This document shows, piece by piece, positions 8,514 to 16,326 of a stretch of DNA of 64,000 nt; the stretch's first letter is position 1; each line of letters begins with the position of its first letter. A program made the position numbers and the translations under genes. The notes below the pieces were generated by a model that did no database searches, had not been told where the DNA came from, and saw nothing but the letters and a program-made list of their open reading frames with translations. The stretch is from a virus (lineage: Duplodnaviria > Heunggongvirae > Uroviricota > Caudoviricetes). The stretch is taken from IMG/VR virus record IMGVR_UViG_3300042331_000303. The stretch is one strand, 5' to 3'.

Positions 8514-8645
8514 GTTGTGCTCCAGTCGTTGGGGGTTTCGGTGTCGCCGTTTGGCCCAACCAATGTGACATGGTGGCAAACCGGTAGGGGCAGTTTGTTT
8601 GTCACGGATTGTATCCCGTAGGGATATTATTATCGCGTAGCGCGA
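8514..8645 (-). promoter_or_regulatory. conserved terminator+promoter cassette, copy f
   Basis: The hairpin ATCCCGTAGGGAT is followed by ATTATTATCGCG, TTTGTTTGTCACGGATTGT and CCAACCAATGTGACATGG. The sequence is related to 13895-13985. Confidence 0.55.
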
Positions 8646-8713
8646 GCGCGCGTAATGCGGGATGCGCTGCGCGGCGCGTTGCGGGCTGTCCGAGGTTGGC
8701 ACAGCCTTTGCTC

Positions 8714-8858
8714 TTCGTGATGCGCAGCGGGCGTGGCGCGGGGCGCTACGTGATGCGCGGCGCGGTGCGCTACGTGATGCGCGGCGCGCGGTGCGCTGCG
8801 CTGCGTGATGCGCTACCCGACGTGCGGTGCAAGCTCAAGCGTGATGCGCAGCACGACT
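8714..8858 (-). repeat. array of about 5 CGTGATGCGC(A/G) repeats in a 3' intergenic region
   Basis: CGTGATGCGC occurs at about 8717, 8752, 8777, 8801 and 8845, lying between the stop codon at 8813 and the cassette. Confidence 0.4.
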
Positions 8859-9094
8859 TGCACGCTGAACTCGTGATCTACGCTGTCCTCCGGCGCCTCG
8901 TGAGAGAACCCAAGGTCGAACGGGACGTTCAGGTCCGGGTACGAGAGGTACCGCGCGCCCAGATCCCGCGTCACTCGACGCCCGCACGTCGGGCAGTCCG
9001 CGTGGACCTTCACGCTCGGGAGGTAGAGGCGCTTCACGTCGATGACGTAGGGCGTGTCACGGTCCAGCTCGATCTCGGGGGGCCGCGCGGGCAT
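8813..9094 (-). CDS. hypothetical protein (93 aa)
   Basis: The plausible part of ORF 8813..9178 starts MPARPPEIELDRD at 9092-9094 and contains a CPTCGRR motif. Confidence 0.5.
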   Translation of the reverse strand: MPARPPEIELDRDTPYVIDVKRLYLPSVKVHADCPTCGRRVTRDLGARYLSYPDLNVPFDLGFSHEAPEDSVDHEFSVQVVLRITLELAPHVG

Positions 9095-9432
9095 CAGGCT
9101 TCCCCTACGGGGGTGGTCGTGTACTGGCCCGTCGCGTTCACCAGATCGCAGTCCTTCGCGGAGATCGTGATGTACCACGACGTCACCATGGGGTCCTCGA
9201 CCACCATCGTGGTCGCGCCCGTTCCCTTGTGCTGGAGCATGGCGACGTACAGCGGCCCGTCTACGCTGTCAGGCCGATAGAATCGAGCACGGAGAGCTTC
9301 TGGGAAGGAGGGTACGTGAACGATCGCACGGGCTTCGAGTCTCCCAGCAGGCCCGATGATGTGCCACCACGGCTGCTCGCAAGCCCAAGCATGGAAAGCG
9401 GATTCTGCGTCGGAGGGGGGCGGAGAGGTCAA
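9094..9432 (-). CDS. hypothetical protein (112 aa)
   Basis: ORF track. Confidence 0.55.
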   Translation of the reverse strand: MTSPPPSDAESAFHAWACEQPWWHIIGPAGRLEARAIVHVPSFPEALRARFYRPDSVDGPLYVAMLQHKGTGATTMVVEDPMVTSWYITISAKDCDLVNATGQYTTTPVGEA

Positions 9433-9739
9433 GAGATGCTCCAGGTCAAGAGGATTCCGTCAGGGGCGTGGCCCGGCTGGTCTTCCCAACCGAGCGGGAG
9501 AATCGTGGCGTCCCTTTGGGGAACTCCCGAGCGTCCCGCTCGCAGTCGAAGTCAGGCGGATCGGCATGGTAGATTTCGACAAGCATGATCCCTCCGAGGT
9601 TGAGGTGGGTCGGGGCCGCTTCGCTGGGGAGTACCCCTCCACGGCTTCCGACTGCGCTACCACCATCGCGGTCCTACCCGGACACGGGAGCCTTTGTGCG
9701 AGAGCGACCTCGCTTCCATCCTCGGGAGCCAACCGAGTA

Positions 9740-9758
9740 GCTGAGGAGCGACCTCAGC
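9740..9758 (-). terminator. stem-loop (7-bp stem GCTGAGG/CCTCAGC, 5-nt loop) 9 nt after the stop of the 567-aa gene
   Basis: The sequence GCTGAGGAGCGACCTCAGC forms a perfect inverted repeat. The downstream tract is not strongly U-rich, so this is a moderate call. Confidence 0.45.
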
Positions 9759-9766
9759 GCGCACTG

Positions 9767-11470
9767 TTAGGCCGCGGCGCGGCGAGCGAACTTGACGAGG
9801 TCCGGCAGGAAGACGCCACCGACATCCTCCTCGATCTGCTCGCCCTTGTGGACGGGGACGAGCACCTTCTCTCCGCCCTGATGGGCGAACCGGGTGACAG
9901 CGTTGACGAGGTCCGCCGCGGTCTGGCCGGCTTCCAACTGCCAGCATTCGAGGATGGCCTGCACCGTGGCATCGCGGGCCAGCCCCTCGCTGATGCGGCC
10001 CGCCTTGCAGAGCGCCCGGATGGCGTCGGGGACGGTGGAGTACCGCTCGCCGTAGATGTCCACGGTGTGGATGGGGGTGTTGCGGAGCAGGCCCCAATCC
10101 TCGGCGAAGGCGTTGATGAACGCATCCACCTTCGGAAGCGCCTCGGCGATGGCCGCGGAGACCGCCTCTTCCGTGATGTCGCCGTGGTGGACGAACCGGA
10201 ACAGGTTGCCAACGCCCTTCGCGATGATGATGAGGTTCACGCACTGGTTGCGGAAGATCACGATGTCGCCGCGGATGCTCCCGCCCCCCTTGTCGTCGGC
10301 CCGGAACATGATGCCCCCCTTGAAGGTGTCACCCGCCGAGAGGTCCACGATCTTGTCGGCGTGGAAGAGCGCCTCGGCCCGGAGCGTCGCCTTCGCCGGG
10401 TTGTAGATCGCGGAGCCGTGCGGCTGGTCGGCCACGCTCCACTTCTGCTGCCGGAGGCCCTTGGAAATGAGGTTGGCGACCCGGTCCGTGTCGAACACCG
10501 TGTAGGTGTCGCCGACCGCGGCGTAGATCGCCCGTCCCACCTCGTCGGAGCCCTCCACCTTCTTGCCGAGCCGGGTGCGGAGCGTGATCGTGTCCATCTC
10601 GCCGTTCTTGTCGGCCCAGACGTCGACCGCCTCGTTGAAGTGCCTCGCCCGGATCGCGGAGGGCAGGGAGAGGAAGTGGTCGGAGGCGCCCCCGAACACG
10701 TTGGCGAAGGCGGTGGAGCCGAGCAGGCTTCGGAGGCCCACTTCTTCGATGCCCACCAGCTTGTGGGGAGTCGAGGCACGGAAGACACGACCGTCCTCCG
10801 CCATCCGAAGCTCAGCGAGGGTCACGCCCCGAACGTCAATGCGCTGCTCCGCTTCGATGGCGGCCTCGATGCCTTCGAGGTTGTCCGCCGTCACGCCGGC
10901 CTTCTCCCACTGGCGCCGGGACCGGGCGAAGTTCTGGTGGCCCATGTCCACGACCGCGGTACCGGCGGCCACGACGGTGGGCCCCATGTTGATGCCGAAC
11001 TTGTCCCACAGGTATCGGGTCTGCCGCTCCTGCCGCTCCTTGACGTGGACGAGCGCATCGGGGTTCTGGTTCTCGCGGAGGGCATCGAGCGCCGGGTTGC
11101 TCTCCTCGACCGGCGCCTCGACCTTGGCCTCTCCGGCAGTGGCGGCATTGTTCGCCGCGTCCCACCCGGCGAGCCAGTAGCTCACCTTCTCCTCCGTGTA
11201 GTCGGAGGGGGCTTGGTCGCGGGGAAGCGCGGCCTGCCAGTCTCCGTAGCCGTGCCAGTACCACTCGTTGTCCACAGGGTCGACCGCACCCACCTCGGCA
11301 TCGAGCCGGTTGCCGCCCGAATCCGTCGGGTAGATGTCGACCTCGCTCGGGTTGCCGCCCAGCGCGGCGCACCGCCGCACCGCTTCGAGGTAGGTGTTGA
11401 ACGGGCCGTGCTCGAACAGGCCGAGCTTGAAGGCGTGGAACTCGGGGACGTTGGAAGCGATGGTGGACAT
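9767..11470 (-). CDS. large hypothetical protein (567 aa), possibly abundant or structural
   Basis: The ORF is clean. It uses the same 97-nt leader as the acidic gene at 506..1006 and is followed by a terminator hairpin. No recognisable catalytic motifs were found. Confidence 0.8.
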   Translation of the reverse strand: MSTIASNVPEFHAFKLGLFEHGPFNTYLEAVRRCAALGGNPSEVDIYPTDSGGNRLDAEVGAVDPVDNEWYWHGYGDWQAALPRDQAPSDYTEEKVSYWLAGWDAANNAATAGEAKVEAPVEESNPALDALRENQNPDALVHVKERQERQTRYLWDKFGINMGPTVVAAGTAVVDMGHQNFARSRRQWEKAGVTADNLEGIEAAIEAEQRIDVRGVTLAELRMAEDGRVFRASTPHKLVGIEEVGLRSLLGSTAFANVFGGASDHFLSLPSAIRARHFNEAVDVWADKNGEMDTITLRTRLGKKVEGSDEVGRAIYAAVGDTYTVFDTDRVANLISKGLRQQKWSVADQPHGSAIYNPAKATLRAEALFHADKIVDLSAGDTFKGGIMFRADDKGGGSIRGDIVIFRNQCVNLIIIAKGVGNLFRFVHHGDITEEAVSAAIAEALPKVDAFINAFAEDWGLLRNTPIHTVDIYGERYSTVPDAIRALCKAGRISEGLARDATVQAILECWQLEAGQTAADLVNAVTRFAHQGGEKVLVPVHKGEQIEEDVGGVFLPDLVKFARRAAA

Positions 11471-11564
11471 GGTGAACCTCAGTGGTGGTTGACTGTTATC
11501 CGGGCGTCAAACCGGAGGGGGCAGGAAAGTTGTCACGATTTGTCACGATGTGGGATTGTCGGCC
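11471..11564 (-). promoter_or_regulatory. conserved promoter/leader cassette, type C, copy 2
   Basis: This sequence is nearly identical to 1007-1100. Confidence 0.6.
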
Positions 11565-11565
11565 C

Positions 11566-12471
11566 CTACTCGACCGCCGCGGCGTCAGTCGGGGCAGTCT
11601 GGAGCGTGGTGAGGAAGCGCTCGACCTCGGCGCGGTGGAAGCGGTGGCAGCCCACAACGAGCGTGCCTTCCGCCTCCACCCGGTAGACCGGGAACCCGCC
11701 GAAGGTGGGGATGACCAGCCCGTCGAAGGTGTAGTCCGTGCCCCCCTGAATGAGCGGGAGGAGCGTCGGGAGCCAGCGCTGCACGTCGGCGAGCGGGACC
11801 GTCACCCGCTGGCTCGTCTCCACCTGGACCCCGTCGGGACTCATGCGGAGCAGGTCGCCGCACTCCGCCCGAAACTCATAGAAGCTGTAGGGAGAGGCAA
11901 CGCCCCCCGCTTTCCACGCTTCCATGTCAGCCAGAGTCGCGGCCAGCTTAGCTTCCCGCGCTGCGGCTCGGCGCGCTTCTGCCTGCTCTTCCTGTACTTT
12001 CCGCAGCGCGGCAAGCTCCGCCAGCGCGGCGGGGTCGACCTCTGGAAAGGGGTCGAAACCGAAGAGCGCGCAGAACTCGTTTGCGGCGGCCACCGTAGCT
12101 GCGGCCACACGGAGCGCCTTGTCCTTGGACGGCTTCCGCGTCGCCGCAGCGTACTGCACGGCCGCATCGGTGACAGTGACTGCCCACTGCTCCCGGATGC
12201 TGGCGGGAGTGCTCGCGGTAGTGAGCGCCCCAGGGGCGGAAGCCACCGCACCGGGCGCCGCACGCCATGCGATGCTCTGGTGCTTGCTTGTTGTGACCGA
12301 GTAGCTCAGCCGCGTCCGAACGATTCCCTCGGGGAAACGGATCGCGATGACCGTGTTGTAGGAGAACAGGTGGGGCCCGTTGAACGAGAGAGCCGCGCAC
12401 CTGCCACTCTCCTGCCGCCCGTGGGCCCAGTAGTGTGCAACTTCGTCGATGTGGCGGAGGACGTTGCGCAT
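11566..12471 (-). CDS. hypothetical protein (301 aa)
   Basis: The ORF is clean. Its middle region is Ala-rich and helical, of the kind that could form a coiled coil. Confidence 0.7.
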   Translation of the reverse strand: MRNVLRHIDEVAHYWAHGRQESGRCAALSFNGPHLFSYNTVIAIRFPEGIVRTRLSYSVTTSKHQSIAWRAAPGAVASAPGALTTASTPASIREQWAVTVTDAAVQYAAATRKPSKDKALRVAAATVAAANEFCALFGFDPFPEVDPAALAELAALRKVQEEQAEARRAAAREAKLAATLADMEAWKAGGVASPYSFYEFRAECGDLLRMSPDGVQVETSQRVTVPLADVQRWLPTLLPLIQGGTDYTFDGLVIPTFGGFPVYRVEAEGTLVVGCHRFHRAEVERFLTTLQTAPTDAAAVE

Positions 12472-12493
12472 GAGATTGCTCCTTGGGTGAATG

Positions 12494-12646
12494 TCAGTCA
12501 GGGCAGACGACGTGAACGTCTTCCTGCTTGATGGCGTGGGAGTAGCCGGACCAGCTCGTGAAGAATACGATGCGGATGCGGAGGTTGGACCAGTGCTCGA
12601 ACCGGGTGACCGGCCCGAGATACTCGCCAGTGCGGGAGAAGACCAT
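12494..12646 (-). CDS. small protein (50 aa), absent from the ORF track
   Basis: Translation gives MVFSRTGEYLGPVTRFEHWSNLRIRIVFFTSWSGYSHAIKQEDVHVVCPD, with an AAGGAG ribosome-binding site upstream. Confidence 0.4.
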   Translation of the reverse strand: MVFSRTGEYLGPVTRFEHWSNLRIRIVFFTSWSGYSHAIKQEDVHVVCPD

Positions 12647-12649
12647 GAG

Positions 12650-13180
12650 CTACTCCCGCTCGGTGCGGCGGAGGACCCAGCGAGCTTCTACGCCGGGCTC
12701 GGTAGGTACGAAGGCCCACTCCCAGCCCCACACGCCGGGCTCGTCGGGGAACCGGATGCACTCCGGGACGAGGATTTCCCACGCTTCGTCCTCCGTCAGC
12801 GGTGCGTATCGAAGCTCCCGATCTTCCTCGTCCTGCCCCTCTTCGAGGTCGTAGTACGACTCCGCGGGGCAATCCAGAGATTCGATCTTGGCCGCGCCGA
12901 TGTCGGCCACCACATCCGCCGGGTAGATCGCCGGAGCATCCACGATGCCCTTCCAAGCGGCCGGCGGGAACGTCTCTTCCGGCCGAGCCGGGACGAGGGG
13001 GATGGAGAGGTACACACTCTCGTACCCCTCGTGGTATCCGTTGGCATCGAAGCACTGCCGGTCGAACAGGACGAACACAGCGGTCTCCGTGACAGTGATG
13101 TCCTCCCCTCCGGCGTCCCGAAGTTGGGAGACAAGCACGGCGACGTTGACGTAGGTCCGAGAGAAGGTGGCGGTGCGCAT
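12650..13180 (-). CDS. hypothetical protein (176 aa)
   Basis: The ORF is clean and cassette A copy b lies immediately upstream. Confidence 0.7.
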   Translation of the reverse strand: MRTATFSRTYVNVAVLVSQLRDAGGEDITVTETAVFVLFDRQCFDANGYHEGYESVYLSIPLVPARPEETFPPAAWKGIVDAPAIYPADVVADIGAAKIESLDCPAESYYDLEEGQDEEDRELRYAPLTEDEAWEILVPECIRFPDEPGVWGWEWAFVPTEPGVEARWVLRRTERE

Positions 13181-13305
13181 TGGTTGCTCCGTTGTGGGGG
13201 CAGAGGGTTCGTCGGTGGCCCCAACAAGTTAGCATGGCAGCAAACTTGTCAGGGCAGGAAAGTTGTCACGAAATGTCCCCCGAAGGGGGAAGAGAATCGC
13301 GCGCC
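13181..13305 (-). promoter_or_regulatory. conserved terminator+promoter cassette, type A, copy b
   Basis: Apart from a few substitutions this is a near copy of 2352-2470. The hairpin is TCCCCCGAAGGGGGA. Confidence 0.6.
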
Positions 13306-13307
13306 AC

Positions 13308-13763
13308 CTACAGGGGCAGTGCGCTGTAGACGGGTCGCTCCGGGGGTGCGGGCATGCTGAGCACCTTCGCGGCGTAGGCGATCATGTCGAGCCGGTGGCG
13401 CCCGTAGAGCCAGCAATCCATCCACTCCCCGAAGGGGAACGTGCCGGTCGCCCCGTCCCAGCCGGCCCATCGGACGCGGGCCTTGACCCCTTCGGGGCCC
13501 CACTTCCCGAAGTGAGGCAGGGTCCGCACCACACGCCCAGTCACCTCGATCTGGACGTAGGAGAACCCTCGGTCCCCCGTCTGCCCCACCGCCATGTTCA
13601 CGCCTTCCGCGGGCTTGTCCCACGCAAGGCACTCCGCAGTCGGCTTGTAGAGCTTCGCCCACCGGAAGTCGTCGGGACGGCGCTCCCAGAGCAGGAGGAT
13701 GTTGGCGCAGGGGAACGCCACGTCTTCAGGATCGGCGATGTCGGCGTCGGGCTTGCGGGTCAT
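13308..13763 (-). CDS. hypothetical protein (151 aa)
   Basis: The plausible part of ORF 13308..13859 starts MTRKPDADIADPED at 13761-13763. Confidence 0.55.
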   Translation of the reverse strand: MTRKPDADIADPEDVAFPCANILLLWERRPDDFRWAKLYKPTAECLAWDKPAEGVNMAVGQTGDRGFSYVQIEVTGRVVRTLPHFGKWGPEGVKARVRWAGWDGATGTFPFGEWMDCWLYGRHRLDMIAYAAKVLSMPAPPERPVYSALPL

Positions 13764-13843
13764 GGGAACACCACGTAGATCGAAAGGGGAATGGCGATGG
13801 CAAGAATGGCGAGCACCGTTTCGGCGAGATCGGCATGACGCAT
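13760..13843 (-). CDS. possible hydrophobic micro-peptide (27 aa)
   Basis: Translation gives MRHADLAETVLAILAIAIPLSIYVVFP. Its stop overlaps the downstream start as ATGA and it lies directly downstream of the cassette leader. Confidence 0.25.
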   Translation of the reverse strand: MRHADLAETVLAILAIAIPLSIYVVFP

Positions 13844-13985
13844 CGTAAGAGCCTGTCAAGCGGCGGGTTTGAGGGAGGGAAGCGAGGTCGCCGTTGACCC
13901 CAACAATGTGCCTCGTTGCCAGACTTGCCGGGGCCGGAAAGATGTCACGTATTGTATCCCGTAGGGATATTATTATCGCGTGGCG
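13844..13985 (-). promoter_or_regulatory. conserved terminator+promoter cassette, type B, copy d
   Basis: The leader CAAGCGGCGGGTTTGAGGGAGGGAAGCGAGGTCGCCGTTGACCCCAACAATGTG is shared with 3405-3460. The hairpin is ATCCCGTAGGGAT followed by ATTATTATCGCG. Confidence 0.6.
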
Positions 13986-14067
13986 TAAACGCGCACAGTA
14001 CGCGGCATGCGCTGCGCGTCGAGCGGGGCGCGTGCGGCGCGCGGCGCGTTGCGGGGTGCGCTGCGCG

Positions 14068-14400
14068 TCACTCGATTGCGCGTACCGCGTCGCACAGCGC
14101 TACCCAAGCGCAACCCGCAGCGTGCTTCAACGAGCCGTCTGCCCGGAGCTTGACGAGGCAGTAGGGGCAAGCATAGCCCCCCACCGGGCGCGTAAACGGG
14201 GCGCACGCCTCAACCAGCCGTCCGACGTTCCGCTCGTGCTTCATGTACTCGCGCAGGCGCTCCTCCAGCGCTTCGATTCGAGCGGCGCGGAGGTACAGCG
14301 CGTGGGCTGCGGACCGCGCGACTGCCTGAGCGTCTGCTCCCCCGCTCTCTCGAAGCTGCTCGATCCAGCGTTGCCGCTGCGCGTCCTCGTCGCGCGTCAC
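14068..14400 (-). CDS. hypothetical protein (about 110 aa)
   Basis: The C-terminal part of ORF 14068..14574 is plausible. A GTG at 14398-14400 overlaps the upstream stop as GTGA. The start is uncertain. Confidence 0.45.
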   Translation of the reverse strand: MTRDEDAQRQRWIEQLRESGGADAQAVARSAAHALYLRAARIEALEERLREYMKHERNVGRLVEACAPFTRPVGGYACPYCLVKLRADGSLKHAAGCAWVALCDAVRAIE

Positions 14401-14660
14401 GGGCGCTTTCCATCGAGAGCTTCGGTCGCGTACTTCATGTTCGCCCACGCGCAACTCGCGGTATGGAAGGGCTTCCTGTACGTGACATCCGCCCCGCACA
14501 CGCGGCAGTACCCGCGCAGGTTCTCTTGGTCCAACCACTCGATGGGCTCGAACTCGACGAGCTGGCGCGCGCACTCGTTCAGGAGCGCCTGAAGCTCCGA
14601 ACGTAGCTTGGCTTTAGCCAAGATCGCTTGCTTGTCTTCCGCAGGTGCGTTCTCCCACAT
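14397..14660 (-). CDS. hypothetical protein (87 aa) with a CxxC...C motif
   Basis: ORF track; the protein contains CRVCGADVTYRKPFHTASC. Confidence 0.55.
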   Translation of the reverse strand: MWENAPAEDKQAILAKAKLRSELQALLNECARQLVEFEPIEWLDQENLRGYCRVCGADVTYRKPFHTASCAWANMKYATEALDGKRP

Positions 14661-14684
14661 GATTTCCTCCGAGGTGCTTGGTTG

Positions 14685-15167
14685 TCAGCGTCGCGGGACA
14701 GTCGGAATGCGGGGGTTCTCGCCGACCTCGCGGAGCCACTGCGCATAGCGCGTGAACCATCCCACGAGCGTGCCGTCCCGAGCCATCTGCATGAGAAGCT
14801 CTCCGTCCGGTGGCACGGGGTAGTTGCGCACCCAAGTACGAAACTGCGCCGTCCCCACACGTTCGATCTCCAGAGCCTGTGCGAGTTGGGAGTTGGCCCG
14901 CTCCTCAGCCTCGTCGATGTAGTTCTTCGCCCGTTCGATCTCCGTAGCGAGCTGGGCAGTCGCGATTGCCGCAGCCTCCTGCCGAATCTGCGCGATCTCC
15001 GCAGAGCTGTCTCGCCGGATGCGTTCGATTTCCGCCTTGATTTCCTTCTTTCCAGCCGCTGGCACCGCAGAGCCGGCGTCCAGCAACGGAGAGGAAATCA
15101 CGGGCGCCTCAGCAGCGCCTTGTGCGGACGTCTCCTTCGCGCGAAAGAACTCGGTGAACATCTTCAT
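14685..15167 (-). CDS. hypothetical protein (160 aa)
   Basis: ORF track; the protein has a helical, coiled-coil-like middle region. Confidence 0.6.
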   Translation of the reverse strand: MKMFTEFFRAKETSAQGAAEAPVISSPLLDAGSAVPAAGKKEIKAEIERIRRDSSAEIAQIRQEAAAIATAQLATEIERAKNYIDEAEERANSQLAQALEIERVGTAQFRTWVRNYPVPPDGELLMQMARDGTLVGWFTRYAQWLREVGENPRIPTVPRR

Positions 15168-16159
15168 GGCAGGAGTCCTCCTTCGTCAAGTCGTTCGACC
15201 GCGAGATCGCGGTACTCAGGGTTCAGGTCGATGTAGATGGACGAACGGCCAAGCCCCAGCGCAGCCAGCGCGGTAGTCCCGGCTCCCCCGAAGGGGTCGA
15301 GCACCACATCGCCGGCCTTCGTCCCGGCCAGGATGCAGCGCGTGGGGAGCGCCTTGGGGAACGTCGCGAAGTGGGCCTTCTTGTACGGCTGGGTGGTGAT
15401 GCTCCAGACGGATCGGGCGTTCCGAGTCTCGCCGTTCCCGACCGCCTTCATGTTCCCGTTGGTCTTGCCCGGCACGCGGGAGCTGCCCTGCTGGCCTTCG
15501 ACATCCTGTGCCTTCCGGCTCTTGGTCGTCTCCGTGACGGGTTCGTGTATCGCGAGGTGGTCGAAGTAGTACCGGTCCGACTTCGTGAGCAGGAAGATGT
15601 ACTCGTGCGCCTTCGTGCAGCGGTCTTTCACGCTTTCTGGCATCGGATTCGGCTTCGCCCACACGATGTCCTGTCGGAGGTACCAGCCGTCAGCTTGCAG
15701 GGCGAAGGCTACCCGCCACGGGATTCCGATCAAGTCCTTGTGTTTCAGGCCGATCGAAGGCGCGTCCCGGTGGGACTGCTTTCCCTTGTTGATCCCGACT
15801 TCATGGTCACCGGGGCCACCCAGCATCCCCCGGTGCGCGGCGACATCTCCCTTCCCGCCCACGCCGCCCGCCACGGTCTGCGCAGGCATGCGCGTTCCTC
15901 CTCGATCAGCAGCGTAGCTGTCGCCGAGGTTGAGCCACAAGGTCCCGTCGGCCCGGAGTACACGGCGCACCTCTCGGAACACCTTGACCATCTTGGCCAC
16001 GTACTCCGCGGGGGATCCTTCCAGCCCGATCTGCCCGTCTGCTCCGTAGTCGCGGAGCCCGAAGTAGGGCGGAGACGTGACCACACACTGGACCGACTCA
16101 TCCGGCAAGGTGCGAAGCTGTTCGATCACGTCGCCACAAAGAAACGAAGCGGTATTCAC
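15164..16159 (-). CDS. DNA methyltransferase, beta-class N6-adenine/N4-cytosine family (DPPY type)
   Basis: The protein has VTSPPYFGLRDYG (motif IV) near its N-terminus and DPFGGAGTTALAA (motif I) near its C-terminus. The real start is probably the GTG at 16157-16159 (VNTASFLCGDV), with GGAGAT 8 nt upstream. Confidence 0.85.
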   Translation of the reverse strand: MNTASFLCGDVIEQLRTLPDESVQCVVTSPPYFGLRDYGADGQIGLEGSPAEYVAKMVKVFREVRRVLRADGTLWLNLGDSYAADRGGTRMPAQTVAGGVGGKGDVAAHRGMLGGPGDHEVGINKGKQSHRDAPSIGLKHKDLIGIPWRVAFALQADGWYLRQDIVWAKPNPMPESVKDRCTKAHEYIFLLTKSDRYYFDHLAIHEPVTETTKSRKAQDVEGQQGSSRVPGKTNGNMKAVGNGETRNARSVWSITTQPYKKAHFATFPKALPTRCILAGTKAGDVVLDPFGGAGTTALAALGLGRSSIYIDLNPEYRDLAVERLDEGGLLP

Positions 16160-16326
16160 GGGACGATCTCCGGGTTGTACGTCAGCTTCTCCTGCCACTT
16201 GACCGCTCGGCCGAGCGCGCAAAGCTCTGCGACGCGGCCTGCCGCCAACATGGCGATGCGCCAGCGGATGCGCCGGAGTTCGTGCGGGAACCGCTCGGCC
16301 TTCTTCTCTGGTTCTGGTGGCGTCAT
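16156..16326 (-). CDS. small hypothetical protein (56 aa)
   Basis: Translation starts MTPPEPEKKAERFPHELRRIRW... The gene is coupled to both neighbours by ATGA or GTGA overlaps. Confidence 0.4.
   Translation of the reverse strand: MTPPEPEKKAERFPHELRRIRWRIAMLAAGRVAELCALGRAVKWQEKLTYNPEIVP

Noticed and set aside
7177-8621. Plus-strand ORFs 7177..8568 (463 aa), 7818..8621 and 7832..8452
   Set aside because: These are the antisense of real minus genes and of the KA-repeat region. The translation is extreme Ala/Arg/Pro low complexity (ALAFGAALAFG..., PWPSAPPWPS...), and no promoter context supports them.
9460-9732. 90-aa minus ORF in the non-coding gap
   Set aside because: The Pro/Ser/Arg-rich composition is unlike the neighbouring genes. 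It has no ribosome-binding site or coupling, and it lies downstream of a terminator hairpin.
9356-11686. 776-aa plus-strand ORF
   Set aside because: It is the antisense of the clean 567-aa minus gene 9767..11470. The translation is Arg/Gly/Val-rich with no motifs.
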